A program made the position numbers and the translations under genes. Source: a virus. From it: a stretch of 64,000 nt of DNA. Where the stretch lies: IMG/VR virus record IMGVR_UViG_3300006028_000010, positions 1-64,000 of that record. The stretch is one strand, 5' to 3'. Within the stretch, counting starts at the first letter, position 1. Each line of letters begins with the position of its first letter. Below the pieces are notes generated by a model. It saw nothing but the letters and a program-made list of their open reading frames with translations, did not search any database and was not told the origin of the DNA. Positions 1-9,138 of this stretch are shown in pieces.

Positions 1-410
1 GGTTGGGAGCGGGTTGTTGTCGCCGGGTGGTGGGTTGGCGCGGGTGCCGGGGCACGCCGGGGCTGGGCGGGGGCCGATGTATCAGGTGCAGCGGGGGACG
101 CGGCGTCAGGTGGGGGGGGTGACACCACCGACAACGGCGGGACAGCAGACGATGGGACAGTCGGGACACCGATCGGCTCCTGCGGCAACGGTCGGTGGGC
201 GGCGGTCAACGAGGGAGCGACCACGAACACCCCACCCACCAACACAAGACCAAGCCCGAGGGCGATCACCTTCAACCGGGCAGTAGCGGTCGCGAGGACG
301 TGGGGATGCCACGACCCCGGGTCCAGCCGCCGGTGCTTCCCCAACACCGGGATGGGAACGGTGGGGTGTTCATCCAACCGCGCTGGCCCGGTTTCGAGCT
401 GCTCGGTCAT
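1..410 (-). CDS. Pro-rich membrane protein, 3' end outside the window
   Basis: ATG at 410 overlaps the stop of the upstream ORF; no stop before the window edge; hydrophobic segment VIALGLGLVLVGGVFVVA followed by a Pro-rich tail. Confidence 0.55.
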   Translation of the reverse strand, partial: MTEQLETGPARLDEHPTVPIPVLGKHRRLDPGSWHPHVLATATARLKVIALGLGLVLVGGVFVVAPSLTAAHRPLPQEPIGVPTVPSSAVPPLSVVSPPPPDAASPAAPDTSAPAQPRRAPAPAPTHHPATTTRSQ

Positions 411-727
411 GGTTGCCACCCCCCTTGGGCTTTGATCGCGGTCCGCATCGCTTCCTGCATCAACTCATGGGCTTGTGTGTCGGTGAACCCCGCGGTTCTG
501 AACGCCTCCAGCTGGTCCTCCACGAGCCGCACCTGCGGCGGCGCCGACCCCGACACGACCCCCGGTTTGGTGCGACACCTCAGCAGCACCACCAGCGCCC
601 ACACCACGTTCACCCCGAGCCACACGAGTTGGGTGATCTGCGCGACCGGGTCGCCTGGGGGGAGCCGCACCACCTGAACAACCAGCAGCGCCAGCCCAGA
701 CAGCAGCAGCCGGTCCGTGGTGGTCAC
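407..727 (-). CDS. small membrane protein
   Basis: Part of ORF 407..826; GTGA-coupled start at 727; two hydrophobic segments. Confidence 0.55.
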   Translation of the reverse strand: MTTTDRLLLSGLALLVVQVVRLPPGDPVAQITQLVWLGVNVVWALVVLLRCRTKPGVVSGSAPPQVRLVEDQLEAFRTAGFTDTQAHELMQEAMRTAIKAQGGWQP

Positions 728-1246
728 TCGGTCCGCCGCCGCCGGTGCCGCCCACCCGTCCTGCGGGTGACTAGCCGCTCTAACCGTTCCTCCCGCTGCC
801 AGCGGGACACGACACGCTCCCACCAACCCCGCAACCCCACCCCCGAACGGTTGCCAACCACCCCGTGACCCCCTTCCCGGTGAATGCGCAGCCCTTGACC
901 TGAACCCCCTGATACGGGGCTAGACGCGCTGCTCAGGCCGCTGGTTGCCCGGCAGGGTACCCGCCCACCCCCACCGCGCCGGCGGTCGCTCACACGCTTT
1001 GCGGTGGCTAATCCCCGCCCTGGGATTTACGGTAAGCCGGTCCGATCGATGACGGCACATGCTGGCCTCTGAGACCGGAATGCGGCACCCTCCGAGAACC
1101 CCCGGGTCCGGGCGTTTCGCCCCCCTACCGATCCACCGGGCCCGGGGCCCACTCCGAGGGACACAACCCCAGAAAGAAGGGACACCCCAGCAGCCCCGGG
1201 GGGCACAACCGCCCGCAACCCCGGGGCACGAAAGGACAAAACGTAC

Positions 1247-1468
1247 ATGCTTGGGGGAGGTTGCCACCGACGCAAACTCATCACCTACCGACACGACACA
1301 GCCCGGCTCCGGGCGCTGATCTTCTCCTGGTACCCCAGCGAAATCGCCGCCCGCCGACGACGCAAACGTGTCCTCAACGACCTCGACCAAATCCTCGACT
1401 CGCTACCCCATCAAGCACTTCTGGAAATCACCATGCCCCTACTGACCATCCGCGGACGACGCCGATGA
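1247..1468 (+). CDS. hypothetical protein
   Basis: GAAAGGA upstream; stop overlaps the next start (ATGA). Confidence 0.45.
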   Translation: MLGGGCHRRKLITYRHDTARLRALIFSWYPSEIAARRRRKRVLNDLDQILDSLPHQALLEITMPLLTIRGRRR

Positions 1469-1722
1469 CCACCACCGAAGAGCCCAAACACGGGTCGTAC
1501 GCCGGCTACCAATGGCACCGCAAAAACGGTGAACCGCCCTGCGACGCCTGCGTCCTCGCGAACAGCGCCTACCAAACCGCCTGGCGCCGCAGCAACCCCG
1601 ACAAACACGCCGCGCAGCAACGCACCCAGTACGCCCGGATCCGGGCGCTCCGCAAACTCGCGAAACTCCACCCCGAAGACATGCACCGGCTCTACCAACA
1701 AGAACTCAAACACCAACAATGA
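1465..1722 (+). CDS. actinophage hypothetical protein with putative Zn-binding motif
   Basis: HGSYAGYQWH...GEPPCDAC motif; ATGA coupling at both ends. Confidence 0.65.
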   Translation: MTTTEEPKHGSYAGYQWHRKNGEPPCDACVLANSAYQTAWRRSNPDKHAAQQRTQYARIRALRKLAKLHPEDMHRLYQQELKHQQ

Positions 1723-1961
1723 CCAGACAGCTACGCCCCGGCAACCGCATCACGCGGGCTAACATCTCTTACCCGGAGCCGCTGCCGCCACACACCATGG
1801 TGCGGCGCCGCACAGACGGCGCCATCGGCGAAGTGCAGCCTTACCACCCCGACGCGCTCCCCGCCCGAATCGGCACTTTTCCTGTTTTATGGCACAACGC
1901 CCAGTGGGGGACATTCGGCGCCAACGACGTCACCCCACTCATCCCCACCAGCCGATCATGA
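1719..1961 (+). CDS. hypothetical protein
   Basis: ATGA-coupled 80-aa ORF. Confidence 0.5.
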   Translation: MTRQLRPGNRITRANISYPEPLPPHTMVRRRTDGAIGEVQPYHPDALPARIGTFPVLWHNAQWGTFGANDVTPLIPTSRS

Positions 1962-1977
1962 ACGGGTGCGCTGGATC

Positions 1978-2109
1978 ATGAACGGGCCACCGCGGATCCC
2001 GTGGACGTTCTACCTAGCGGTGGTCGTGTTCATCGTCTGCTGCGGCGTCGCTAGTTACATGCTGGGCTGGGCCTACATCATCAACAGCGTCAACCACACC
2101 CATCCCTAG
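1978..2109 (+). CDS. small single-pass membrane peptide (43 aa)
   Basis: MNGPPRIPWTFYLAVVVFIVCCGVASYMLGWAYII...; below the ORF-track size cut-off. Confidence 0.4.
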   Translation: MNGPPRIPWTFYLAVVVFIVCCGVASYMLGWAYIINSVNHTHP

Positions 2110-2145
2110 GGTGGACCGCCCGCGCAAGCACCAGCTGCGGTCCGG

Positions 2146-3996
2146 ATGAGCGAGCGGCGGCGGTTCAACCGGACCGAACGGGCTGTCCTCTACATCGCCG
2201 CTGATGGACGTTGCTCCAACTGCGGCGCGGCACTTCAGTCCGGTTGGCATTCCGACCACATCACCCCCCATTCCGCAGGCGGCGGCACTGACGTCGTCAA
2301 CGGCCAGGCGCTGTGTCCCCCGTGCAACGTGCAGAAGGGAAACGTCATGATCGCAGAGCCGCGTGCTTGGCAAACCCGAGCTGCTGCCGCATTCGCAGCG
2401 CATGCTTACCGAGATTTCCTCGTCTGCGCTACACCAGGTGCCGGGAAAACACGCTTCGCTCTGGATCTAGCCGTTGAACAACGACGTATCGGTGCCGTGC
2501 AACGCGTCGTCGTGGTGGTACCCACGGACCCATTACGGCAACAGTGGGTGGATGCCGCTGCCGCTCGCGGCCTGGACCTCATGCCTGTAGCGCAACCAGA
2601 GGACTACGACAAAGACGGCTACCACGGCTGCGTTGTCACCTATGCCCAGTTAGCCGTCGGTGTTGGAGCTGAGTTAGTTCGCCGCTCGACCCGCACACCA
2701 ACCATCGCGATCCTCGACGAAATCCACCACGCCGGGGACAACGAGTCCTGGGGTGTCGCCCTGTCGCACGCTGTGGAGCACGCCACATACCGGCTCGCGC
2801 TGACGGGCACACCATGGCGGCGAAACCCCAGCAGTCCCATCCCGTTCGTTGGTTACGGCCCGGACGGACGTGTCATCGTTAACTCAAGCTACGAATACGG
2901 TGAGGCTGTCGCCGATGGTGTGTGCCGACGCGTTGAATTCCATGCTTACGACGGTGAGGCCCGTTGGGCTGACTGCGGCCGGATCATCGAAGCTGGGCTG
3001 GGCGCTGACTTGTCCGACCGTGACATGTCAGCAGCGCTTGATGCTGTTCTGGCACCTTCGCATAGGTGGATACCATCATTGCTTGACCAAGCGAACAGAG
3101 CTCTAACTGAGCTGCGCGAAGAGGTTCCCGATGCTGGCGGCTTGGTGGTTGCCCACGAGCAGTGGCTAGCGAAAGAATACGCGCGGCTCCTTCGCAATAT
3201 CACCGGCGAGGAACCCACCCTGGCCATCTCCGAGGATGATGACGCCAAGGACAACATCGACTCCTTCAGCCGCAACCACAATCGATGGCTGGTTGCTGTC
3301 AAGATGGTCTCCGAGGGTGTGGACATTCCCCGGCTGCTAGTGGGTGTGTATGCGGCGAAGGCTAAGACACCGTTGTTTTTCCGGCAGGTCGTCGGCCGGT
3401 TCGTCCGAACCAGGCCGGGGGAAGAGGTCAACGCTCGCCTGTTCATCCCTGCCGTCCCAGCGTTCATGGCTCACGCTCGTGCGATTGAGGAGGAGCTACG
3501 TCACCAACTTGACTTAGAGGCTGAGCGGGACGATAAGACAAGGGCGGAGGCCCGCGCAGGGCAGCAGCTGTTCGAGCTGCGTCAGCCGCTGTCCGCCTCG
3601 GAACCGGTGTTCTCGCAGGCGATTTATGGTGGTGAGGGCACAGCCGCTGACCGGTATTCTCAAGCCGAAGCGCAATGCCGAAAGCTTGGGTTGCCGGAGC
3701 GCTACGCGATCAATCTGGTTCCAGTGCTCGACCAGTTGCTAGCCGACCAGATGGCTCCTGCCTATGAAGTGACGGTCACGCCCGCGCCACCGAGGGAGCC
3801 GCGGGCGCGGCGTGAGAAGCTGTTACGAGCCGAGATCAAAACCCTCGTGGGTAAGGTCGCCTACCGCGCAGGGCACGATCCACAAGAAGTCAACACGCAA
3901 CTCCTCCGTAGTGGTTTCCCGGCCCGCGCCAAAGCCTCCATCGACGACCTAGAACGAACCCTCCGCTATCTAGCCGAGTGGCTGGCCGAGCTATGA
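2146..3996 (+). CDS. HNH endonuclease fused to a superfamily-2 (DEAD/DEAH, ResIII-like) helicase
   Basis: N-terminal CSNC...DHITPHSAGG...NGQALCPPCN; Walker A ATPGAGKT, DEIHH, TGTP, SEGVDIP, QVVGRFVR. Confidence 0.9.
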   Translation: MSERRRFNRTERAVLYIAADGRCSNCGAALQSGWHSDHITPHSAGGGTDVVNGQALCPPCNVQKGNVMIAEPRAWQTRAAAAFAAHAYRDFLVCATPGAGKTRFALDLAVEQRRIGAVQRVVVVVPTDPLRQQWVDAAAARGLDLMPVAQPEDYDKDGYHGCVVTYAQLAVGVGAELVRRSTRTPTIAILDEIHHAGDNESWGVALSHAVEHATYRLALTGTPWRRNPSSPIPFVGYGPDGRVIVNSSYEYGEAVADGVCRRVEFHAYDGEARWADCGRIIEAGLGADLSDRDMSAALDAVLAPSHRWIPSLLDQANRALTELREEVPDAGGLVVAHEQWLAKEYARLLRNITGEEPTLAISEDDDAKDNIDSFSRNHNRWLVAVKMVSEGVDIPRLLVGVYAAKAKTPLFFRQVVGRFVRTRPGEEVNARLFIPAVPAFMAHARAIEEELRHQLDLEAERDDKTRAEARAGQQLFELRQPLSASEPVFSQAIYGGEGTAADRYSQAEAQCRKLGLPERYAINLVPVLDQLLADQMAPAYEVTVTPAPPREPRARREKLLRAEIKTLVGKVAYRAGHDPQEVNTQLLRSGFPARAKASIDDLERTLRYLAEWLAEL

Positions 3997-4571
3997 CCAT
4001 TGACCAACTCGCCGCCAACGCCAACCTCATCGACCACATGGGCGCCCTGCTCCGCGACGAGGCCCACGCATTCAGCACCGGACCAGCATTGCTGCGTCGC
4101 ATCCTTGAGCAGGAAGCGTGGCGAGAGTTCACCACCAAACGCGGTGACCTTGTCCGGCCACGATCGTTCGCTGAGTTCGTTACCACTAAGCCCCTGAAGG
4201 GGCTGGGAGCTGACCTGAGTCTCGTGCGGCGGGTGGCGTCCGCTGACGCCGTCACCCTCGACCTACTCGACCAAGCAATGCAGCGATCACACGGCGGCGA
4301 CCGGAGCAACTGTGACAATGTACCGCTTGCTCCTTCCGGAAACAGTGCTACTAAGGCGCTGCGCCGGCTGCGTAAGGACGCGCCCGAGTTGCACGCTGAG
4401 GTACTCGCTGGACGGTTATCCGCTCACGCGGCGATGCTCCAAGCTGGCCTCCGCGTCCGAACATTCAGCGTCCGGCAAGACGTCACCTCGGCAGCCCGGT
4501 CGCTGCGCCGCAACTTCAGCAGCGACCAACTACAGGAACTCGCTCGACTACTCGCCGAGACAGACGTATGA
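3993..4571 (+). CDS. helical, probably DNA-binding protein coupled to the helicase
   Basis: ATGA overlap; GGDR linker followed by GNS..ALRRLRKD.PELH..VLAG.LSAH, reminiscent of ParB-associated helical regions. Confidence 0.7.
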   Translation: MTIDQLAANANLIDHMGALLRDEAHAFSTGPALLRRILEQEAWREFTTKRGDLVRPRSFAEFVTTKPLKGLGADLSLVRRVASADAVTLDLLDQAMQRSHGGDRSNCDNVPLAPSGNSATKALRRLRKDAPELHAEVLAGRLSAHAAMLQAGLRVRTFSVRQDVTSAARSLRRNFSSDQLQELARLLAETDV

Positions 4572-4636
4572 GGTAACAACCAGACAGGCGGTGACGAAAC
4601 AGACACCAACACATCGAACCTCTGGGGAGGAACACC

Positions 4637-4804
4637 GTGCGCGTCTCCGACGTCTTCACCGCCAACCTGACACCCACCCCCGCCCCCACCGACCGGGACG
4701 ACTGGCGCCACCACCGCGACCACGGCCGGCACCGGCGTGGGCACTGGGGCTGGTGGCGTGACCGCTGGGGCCACCCCAGACGCTCCTGGCACTGGGACGA
4801 CTAA
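4637..4804 (+). CDS. 55-aa His/Trp/Arg/Asp-rich peptide
   Basis: GGGGAGG RBS 6 nt before GTG; MRVSDVFTAN...DDWRHHRDHGRHRRGHWGWWRDRWGH; followed by a terminator-like hairpin. Confidence 0.5.
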   Translation: MRVSDVFTANLTPTPAPTDRDDWRHHRDHGRHRRGHWGWWRDRWGHPRRSWHWDD

Positions 4805-4821
4805 CACCCCGGAAACAAGCA

Positions 4822-4859
4822 GTGAGGCCCCCTTGACCGGCTACCGGTGGGGGCCTCAC
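4822..4859. terminator. hairpin between convergent genes, likely bidirectional terminator
   Basis: GTGAGGCCCCC...GGGGGCCTCAC 11-bp perfect stem. Confidence 0.65.
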
Positions 4860-4878
4860 GCGCGTCACGTCGAGGGGG

Positions 4879-5250
4879 TTAACCAACAGCAGCTAGGCCA
4901 CTGCTGTGCGCGTGGTCGAACGCTCGCTGCACCTCAGTGGGGATACGCCCCCGATCACTAACATTCCACCCATTCTGCCGGGCCCATTCCCGCACCGCCT
5001 GGGTCTGCTCCCGCGACCGGCTAGGCGCACTCACCGCGCCGCTGCTCTTACGGCCACGCTTACCGGGGACGGACGTAGACATCCGCCGCGCGCTCTCCAC
5101 GAAACCCGCAACAGCGTCAGTGAACTCCTTAATGTTCTCACTGCTCAGATCGATCTCATACTGCGCGCCGTCCACCGCGAACGTGAACGTCCGCTCAGCC
5201 ACCGAACCGTCAATATCATCAATGAACTCACGGATCACCCGCTGCGCCAT
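4879..5250 (-). CDS. lsr2: Lsr2-family nucleoid-associated xenogeneic silencer
   Basis: N-terminal DDIDG...F.VDG..YEIDL dimerisation domain; C-terminal VREWARQNG..VSDRGRIP AT-hook. Confidence 0.95.
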   Translation of the reverse strand: MAQRVIREFIDDIDGSVAERTFTFAVDGAQYEIDLSSENIKEFTDAVAGFVESARRMSTSVPGKRGRKSSGAVSAPSRSREQTQAVREWARQNGWNVSDRGRIPTEVQRAFDHAHSSGLAAVG

Positions 5251-5317
5251 TCGACACTCTCCTATCGCTCAACGCTTCCGAAAATAGGGGGGTGCGCCGA
5301 TACTACACACGCGCCCA

Positions 5318-6301
5318 CTAACCACCTAGGCCAGCCACCGGTGAACTTTGCTCCCGCTCAGCCCGCACCCGTTGCAAGTTCCCATCCCCATACAACCCCG
5401 GGTCAGACACGCGGAAAAACAACTCCGCCTCAGCATCCAACTGACCCTGCGTCTTCAACGACCCCGACCAACCACGCTCATCCTCCACGCTCGCCACCGC
5501 AGCGAACACCGCAGTAGCATCATCGCACCGCTTGTTCCGCGGATACCTCACACCCAACGGATCCGCGTCCTCAATGACCCGCACCAGTTTATTGATGAAC
5601 CAATGCGGCCCGCTGGATTCCAAGATCCGCAACACCCCGTCCCAATCACCGAGCTGGAACAGATCCGTGTACCTCGCCGCACCATCCGTCAAAACCGCGA
5701 GCCGCTCAACCTCACCAAGAGGCATCTGCCCAACCGTGGCCTGGTAAGCCGCAGCCGGGTCCGCCGCGGCGATCCAATACCCCCCAGGTGTGTTCCGGGC
5801 GGCCAGCTCAGCATGCTTCATGGGGACCAACGCCGCCGCTTTCTCGAGGCTACCGATGGGATACCGGTCAACTTCTCGGCGTTCCGCGGCGGCTGACGCG
5901 CTGATCCGCTGATCGCTGACCGGCCACACCCGCCCATCAACGGCGCCGATGACGATCGTGACGTCCCCCAGCACCAGATATTGCATGTCGCCGCCAACGA
6001 CGCGGACGATTCCCACGGCCGCTGATGGGGTGCCCGGGTGGGTCAGGTCACACGTCCCTGCGTGGAGTGTGGCGACGTGAGCGATGGCGTCGTGTAAGGC
6101 GCCGGTTAGGGGCTGGTTGGTGGTGTGGGTGAGGATCGCGGCGCCGAGTTGGCGGGTGTACCAGGCGGCGCCGTGGGCGCAGCCGGTTTCGGTGCGGATC
6201 GTGGCACCGTCGAGGACCACGATCAGGTCTGGTGTGGCGGCGTACCAGTCCTCGGTGGGGACGGACGGGTCACCGGGGGCAGTGGCTGCGGTGACGTTCA
6301 C
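5318..6301 (-). CDS. PP2C-like (PPM-fold) phosphatase-domain protein
   Basis: ED, VLDG, LGD, LTDG and DDATAV motifs; AAGGAG RBS before GTG at 6301. Confidence 0.75.
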   Translation of the reverse strand: MNVTAATAPGDPSVPTEDWYAATPDLIVVLDGATIRTETGCAHGAAWYTRQLGAAILTHTTNQPLTGALHDAIAHVATLHAGTCDLTHPGTPSAAVGIVRVVGGDMQYLVLGDVTIVIGAVDGRVWPVSDQRISASAAAERREVDRYPIGSLEKAAALVPMKHAELAARNTPGGYWIAAADPAAAYQATVGQMPLGEVERLAVLTDGAARYTDLFQLGDWDGVLRILESSGPHWFINKLVRVIEDADPLGVRYPRNKRCDDATAVFAAVASVEDERGWSGSLKTQGQLDAEAELFFRVSDPGLYGDGNLQRVRAEREQSSPVAGLGG

Positions 6302-6354
6302 GACACAGGACTCCTTTAGGTGCGGAGGGAAGTGTTTGGCTGTCGGCATTATTG

Positions 6355-7239
6355 TCATGCGTCGCGCTGCTCGCGGAGCATTCTGACCACCGTCCTCGGA
6401 GGGTGCTCGTCCATTAAGGCCCGTGCCTGCGCTCGTTCGCTGGTGGTGAAGCCGCCGTATTCCTGTTCGATCCGGTTGAGTTCTCGGGCCATGAAGTAGT
6501 CGCCGATGCTGAGGTCGGGGTCGTGTTGATTGTGGGCTGTGACCTGTTCCGGGTCCGTTAGCCAGGACGTGGGTGTGGTCGGCGTGCCGCTCGCGGCCCT
6601 TGGTGCTGGAGGGTGGTCGGCGTCGTCTCGCGCGCACGTTACGTTAGGTGACGCTACGTCATCAACTTGCGTCCTCGTCTCCGGATGAACGGCACGCAAG
6701 CCAAAATGTGATCTTGGGTCTGGTTCTTCTTTTGGGTTTGGTTGCTTTAGTAGGTCTGGTTCTTGATGCGTCAGATCTGACGCATGGTCATGCGTCTCTG
6801 GTGACGCTTGGTGCTGACCTGCGAAAATAGGCTGTTCTTGCACGTCGAGGCCATGCGTCTCTGGTGACGCTTGGGTGGCGTGCTCGGCCTCGACGGTTGA
6901 TGAGTTGTCGGAAGGGTTCGGCGAGAGGTTCGCGAAGGTGTCGCGGGGGTCGTCCAGCGGGAGCCGGTAGAGATTCCCGCCGTAGTGCCCGTCGGCCTTA
7001 CGTGGGCGCACCACGATCAGCGCGTCGGCGACTCTTAGCTTCCGCAGTGCGCGTTGGATCGTGCTCCTTGAACAGCTCAGGTCTTTCGCGAGGCGTTCCT
7101 CGCTGGGGAACGCGTGACGCTTAGCGTTGGCGTACCGCCACGCGATGTATGTGTAGACCCGTAACGCGACAGGATCGGTGACACGCTCTATAACCCAGCA
7201 GGGCACCGCAGCAAACGGGGTCTGGATAGGGGCTGACAC
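6355..7239 (-). CDS. winged-HTH replication initiator-like protein
   Basis: FAAVP.W...FPSEERLAKDLSCSRSTIQRALRKL...N.Y.L; iteron-like repeats within the gene. Confidence 0.75.
   Translation of the reverse strand: MSAPIQTPFAAVPCWVIERVTDPVALRVYTYIAWRYANAKRHAFPSEERLAKDLSCSRSTIQRALRKLRVADALIVVRPRKADGHYGGNLYRLPLDDPRDTFANLSPNPSDNSSTVEAEHATQASPETHGLDVQEQPIFAGQHQASPETHDHASDLTHQEPDLLKQPNPKEEPDPRSHFGLRAVHPETRTQVDDVASPNVTCARDDADHPPAPRAASGTPTTPTSWLTDPEQVTAHNQHDPDLSIGDYFMARELNRIEQEYGGFTTSERAQARALMDEHPPRTVVRMLREQRDA
6766..6874. repeat. three palindromic iteron-like boxes GCGTC-N6-GACGC (candidate origin 1)
   Basis: ATGCGTCAGATCTGACGCAT at 6766-6785; identical 23-mers CATGCGTCTCTGGTGACGCTTGG at 6789-6811 and 6852-6874. 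Confidence 0.7.
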
Positions 7240-7386
7240 TGTGGTCCTCTCGTGTCTTCATGGACACGTGGGACGTGAGGGTGGCTAACGCTTCCCGCCG
7301 AGTTGTGGTCTACACTCGGCTGCGGTTAGGTTAGGGATGGAGCGCGCGTTAGGATGGTTCCACGTCCTACGTGTTGAGCTGTTGGT

Positions 7387-7418
7387 TGAGGCCCTGGGAA
7401 TCGGCGCCCTGGGCCTCA
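7387..7418. terminator. hairpin downstream of the NUDIX gene, within the rep leader
   Basis: TGAGGCCC.GGG...CCC.GGGCCTCA inverted repeat. Confidence 0.45.
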
Positions 7419-7453
7419 CTTCCGTTTGTGCCTAGTTGTCGCCCAGCAGGATG

Positions 7454-8179
7454 TCATCCCATGGGTATCCCCAGCAGATAGTCATGTACGGGTTTGAACA
7501 TGCCACCGAAGGGCGCGAACGCGGCGTCAGCTTCGGCCAAACTCACCCAGCGAACGTCACTTAACTCAACGTCATCGCCTACGAACACTTCCGAGTCCTC
7601 AATCGGCGTGCCAGCAATATAAATTATTGTGCGACCGGTCTTCGGGTGGATGCGGCGCCCGAGTTCCACGCCTGGTCTCACGCGTAAGCCGGCTTCCTCC
7701 TTGCATTCTCGGACCATGGCGTCGACGGCTGATTCACCAGGCTCGACTTCTCCGGTGAGGAAGCCAGCCGGGGGTGTTTTGTCGTGTCGGTAGGTGATGA
7801 GCAGGCCACGGTCCGACGTGATGATTGCGGCGACAATGGGCTGCGGCTCAGCGGTCATAGAGGGCTCCAATGCGGGTTGTGGGAGGCCGCTTAGGCGTCG
7901 GCCTTGTCGTGCCAATTGGGACAGGCGTTGGGGGGTGACACCTACCCTGCGGGCGACGGCCGCGATGGTCGTCAGGTCGTCGCTCTGGATCTTGGCGGCT
8001 ATGTCAGCTCGGAGCATCTTGGCGTCTTGCTCTAGTTTTCCGAGTAGATCACGCAGGTCAGACGCTTGCTGGAACGACTTCGCAAGATCGTCTGACCGTC
8101 TGATCGATTCAACGGCCCGCGTGTAGGCACGGGCGATCGCGGCCAGACGTGCTTGGTGTTTGCGCGGGTCGGGGGACAT
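7454..8179 (-). CDS. HTH-NUDIX hydrolase fusion
   Basis: HTH TIAAVARRVGVTPQRLSQL; canonical Nudix box GEVEPGESAVDAMVRECKEEAGL. Confidence 0.85.
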   Translation of the reverse strand: MSPDPRKHQARLAAIARAYTRAVESIRRSDDLAKSFQQASDLRDLLGKLEQDAKMLRADIAAKIQSDDLTTIAAVARRVGVTPQRLSQLARQGRRLSGLPQPALEPSMTAEPQPIVAAIITSDRGLLITYRHDKTPPAGFLTGEVEPGESAVDAMVRECKEEAGLRVRPGVELGRRIHPKTGRTIIYIAGTPIEDSEVFVGDDVELSDVRWVSLAEADAAFAPFGGMFKPVHDYLLGIPMG

Positions 8180-8360
8180 GACTGGGAAGTGTAACCCATG
8201 TGTTGATCGCCCTCGCCGTCGCTGGCCGTAAGACAGGGCTTGCGGATCCACATCCCATGGATTTATGCTATGGAGAGTGCGCGGGAAACGGCCCGCGCAA
8301 TTGCCGAGAAAGGCCGACGTGCGGCGTATTCAGCGCGCCCAAAATGGGACGGAACCCGTA

Positions 8361-8645
8361 ATGTTCACGTTCACGGCACCCGACTGGCGTCAGCACAGTG
8401 CGTGCCGTGACGTTGATCCCGACATTTTCCACGGCCCCGCAGATTCACCCGACGGGCACCCCCTGTACGCGTGGGAGAAGGCGGCGCTGACCGTGTGCGC
8501 CCGCTGCCCCGTCGCCCCGGCGTGTCTCGCTGAGGCCCTGACCTACCCGGCCGGGGAGCAGTACGGCGTCGTGGGTGGCTTAACCGCCAGCCAGCGGCGA
8601 CGGCTGCCGTGCCACACCAACCGCCACCACAAGGCGGCGGCATGA
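8361..8645 (+). CDS. whiB: WhiB-family Fe-S transcriptional regulator
   Basis: W...SAC...DIF...VCARCPV..AC...YGVVGG. Confidence 0.9.
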   Translation: MFTFTAPDWRQHSACRDVDPDIFHGPADSPDGHPLYAWEKAALTVCARCPVAPACLAEALTYPAGEQYGVVGGLTASQRRRLPCHTNRHHKAAA

Positions 8646-8808
8646 ACAACAACGGAAAGGGGGGACGCGCGCCGGGTGTGGTCGCCGTCAGGCGGGAGGG
8701 CCACGGCGACCACACCCACCAACCAACCCGGACACAAAAAGGGGCCGGGGGCACTCACGATGCCAACCCGGCCCAGTCGAAACGCCCCTAGCGAGAGGGA
8801 TTCAACCC

Positions 8809-9138
8809 GTGAACACTAACCCCACCACCCCACACGGGGCCAGGATGTGCCCCCCATGGTGTTCCCACTGCATCACCGACAACGCTGGCGTCACCCACAC
8901 CTCCGCACCCACCACGGTCCAAGTCGGGGACGAGCAACTAACCCTGCGGCTCACGCACACCGTCCACTTCGACGACCCGGAACCCCGCTCCGTTGAAGTC
9001 CACATCGACGGGGAAAGCCAAGGCTTCGTCCTCCCCACCACCCAACACGAGTGGCCCGTCAACGACCTACCAGGGTTGATCGCCGCGTTAACCGATGTGT
9101 ATTTCCGGCTCACCCCGATGCTGGTGGTGGCGTCGTGA
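8809..9138 (+). CDS. hypothetical protein (CPPWC...H motif)
   Basis: N-terminal CP.WC motif common in actinomycete mobile elements; coupled to the next ORF. Confidence 0.6.
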   Translation: MNTNPTTPHGARMCPPWCSHCITDNAGVTHTSAPTTVQVGDEQLTLRLTHTVHFDDPEPRSVEVHIDGESQGFVLPTTQHEWPVNDLPGLIAALTDVYFRLTPMLVVAS

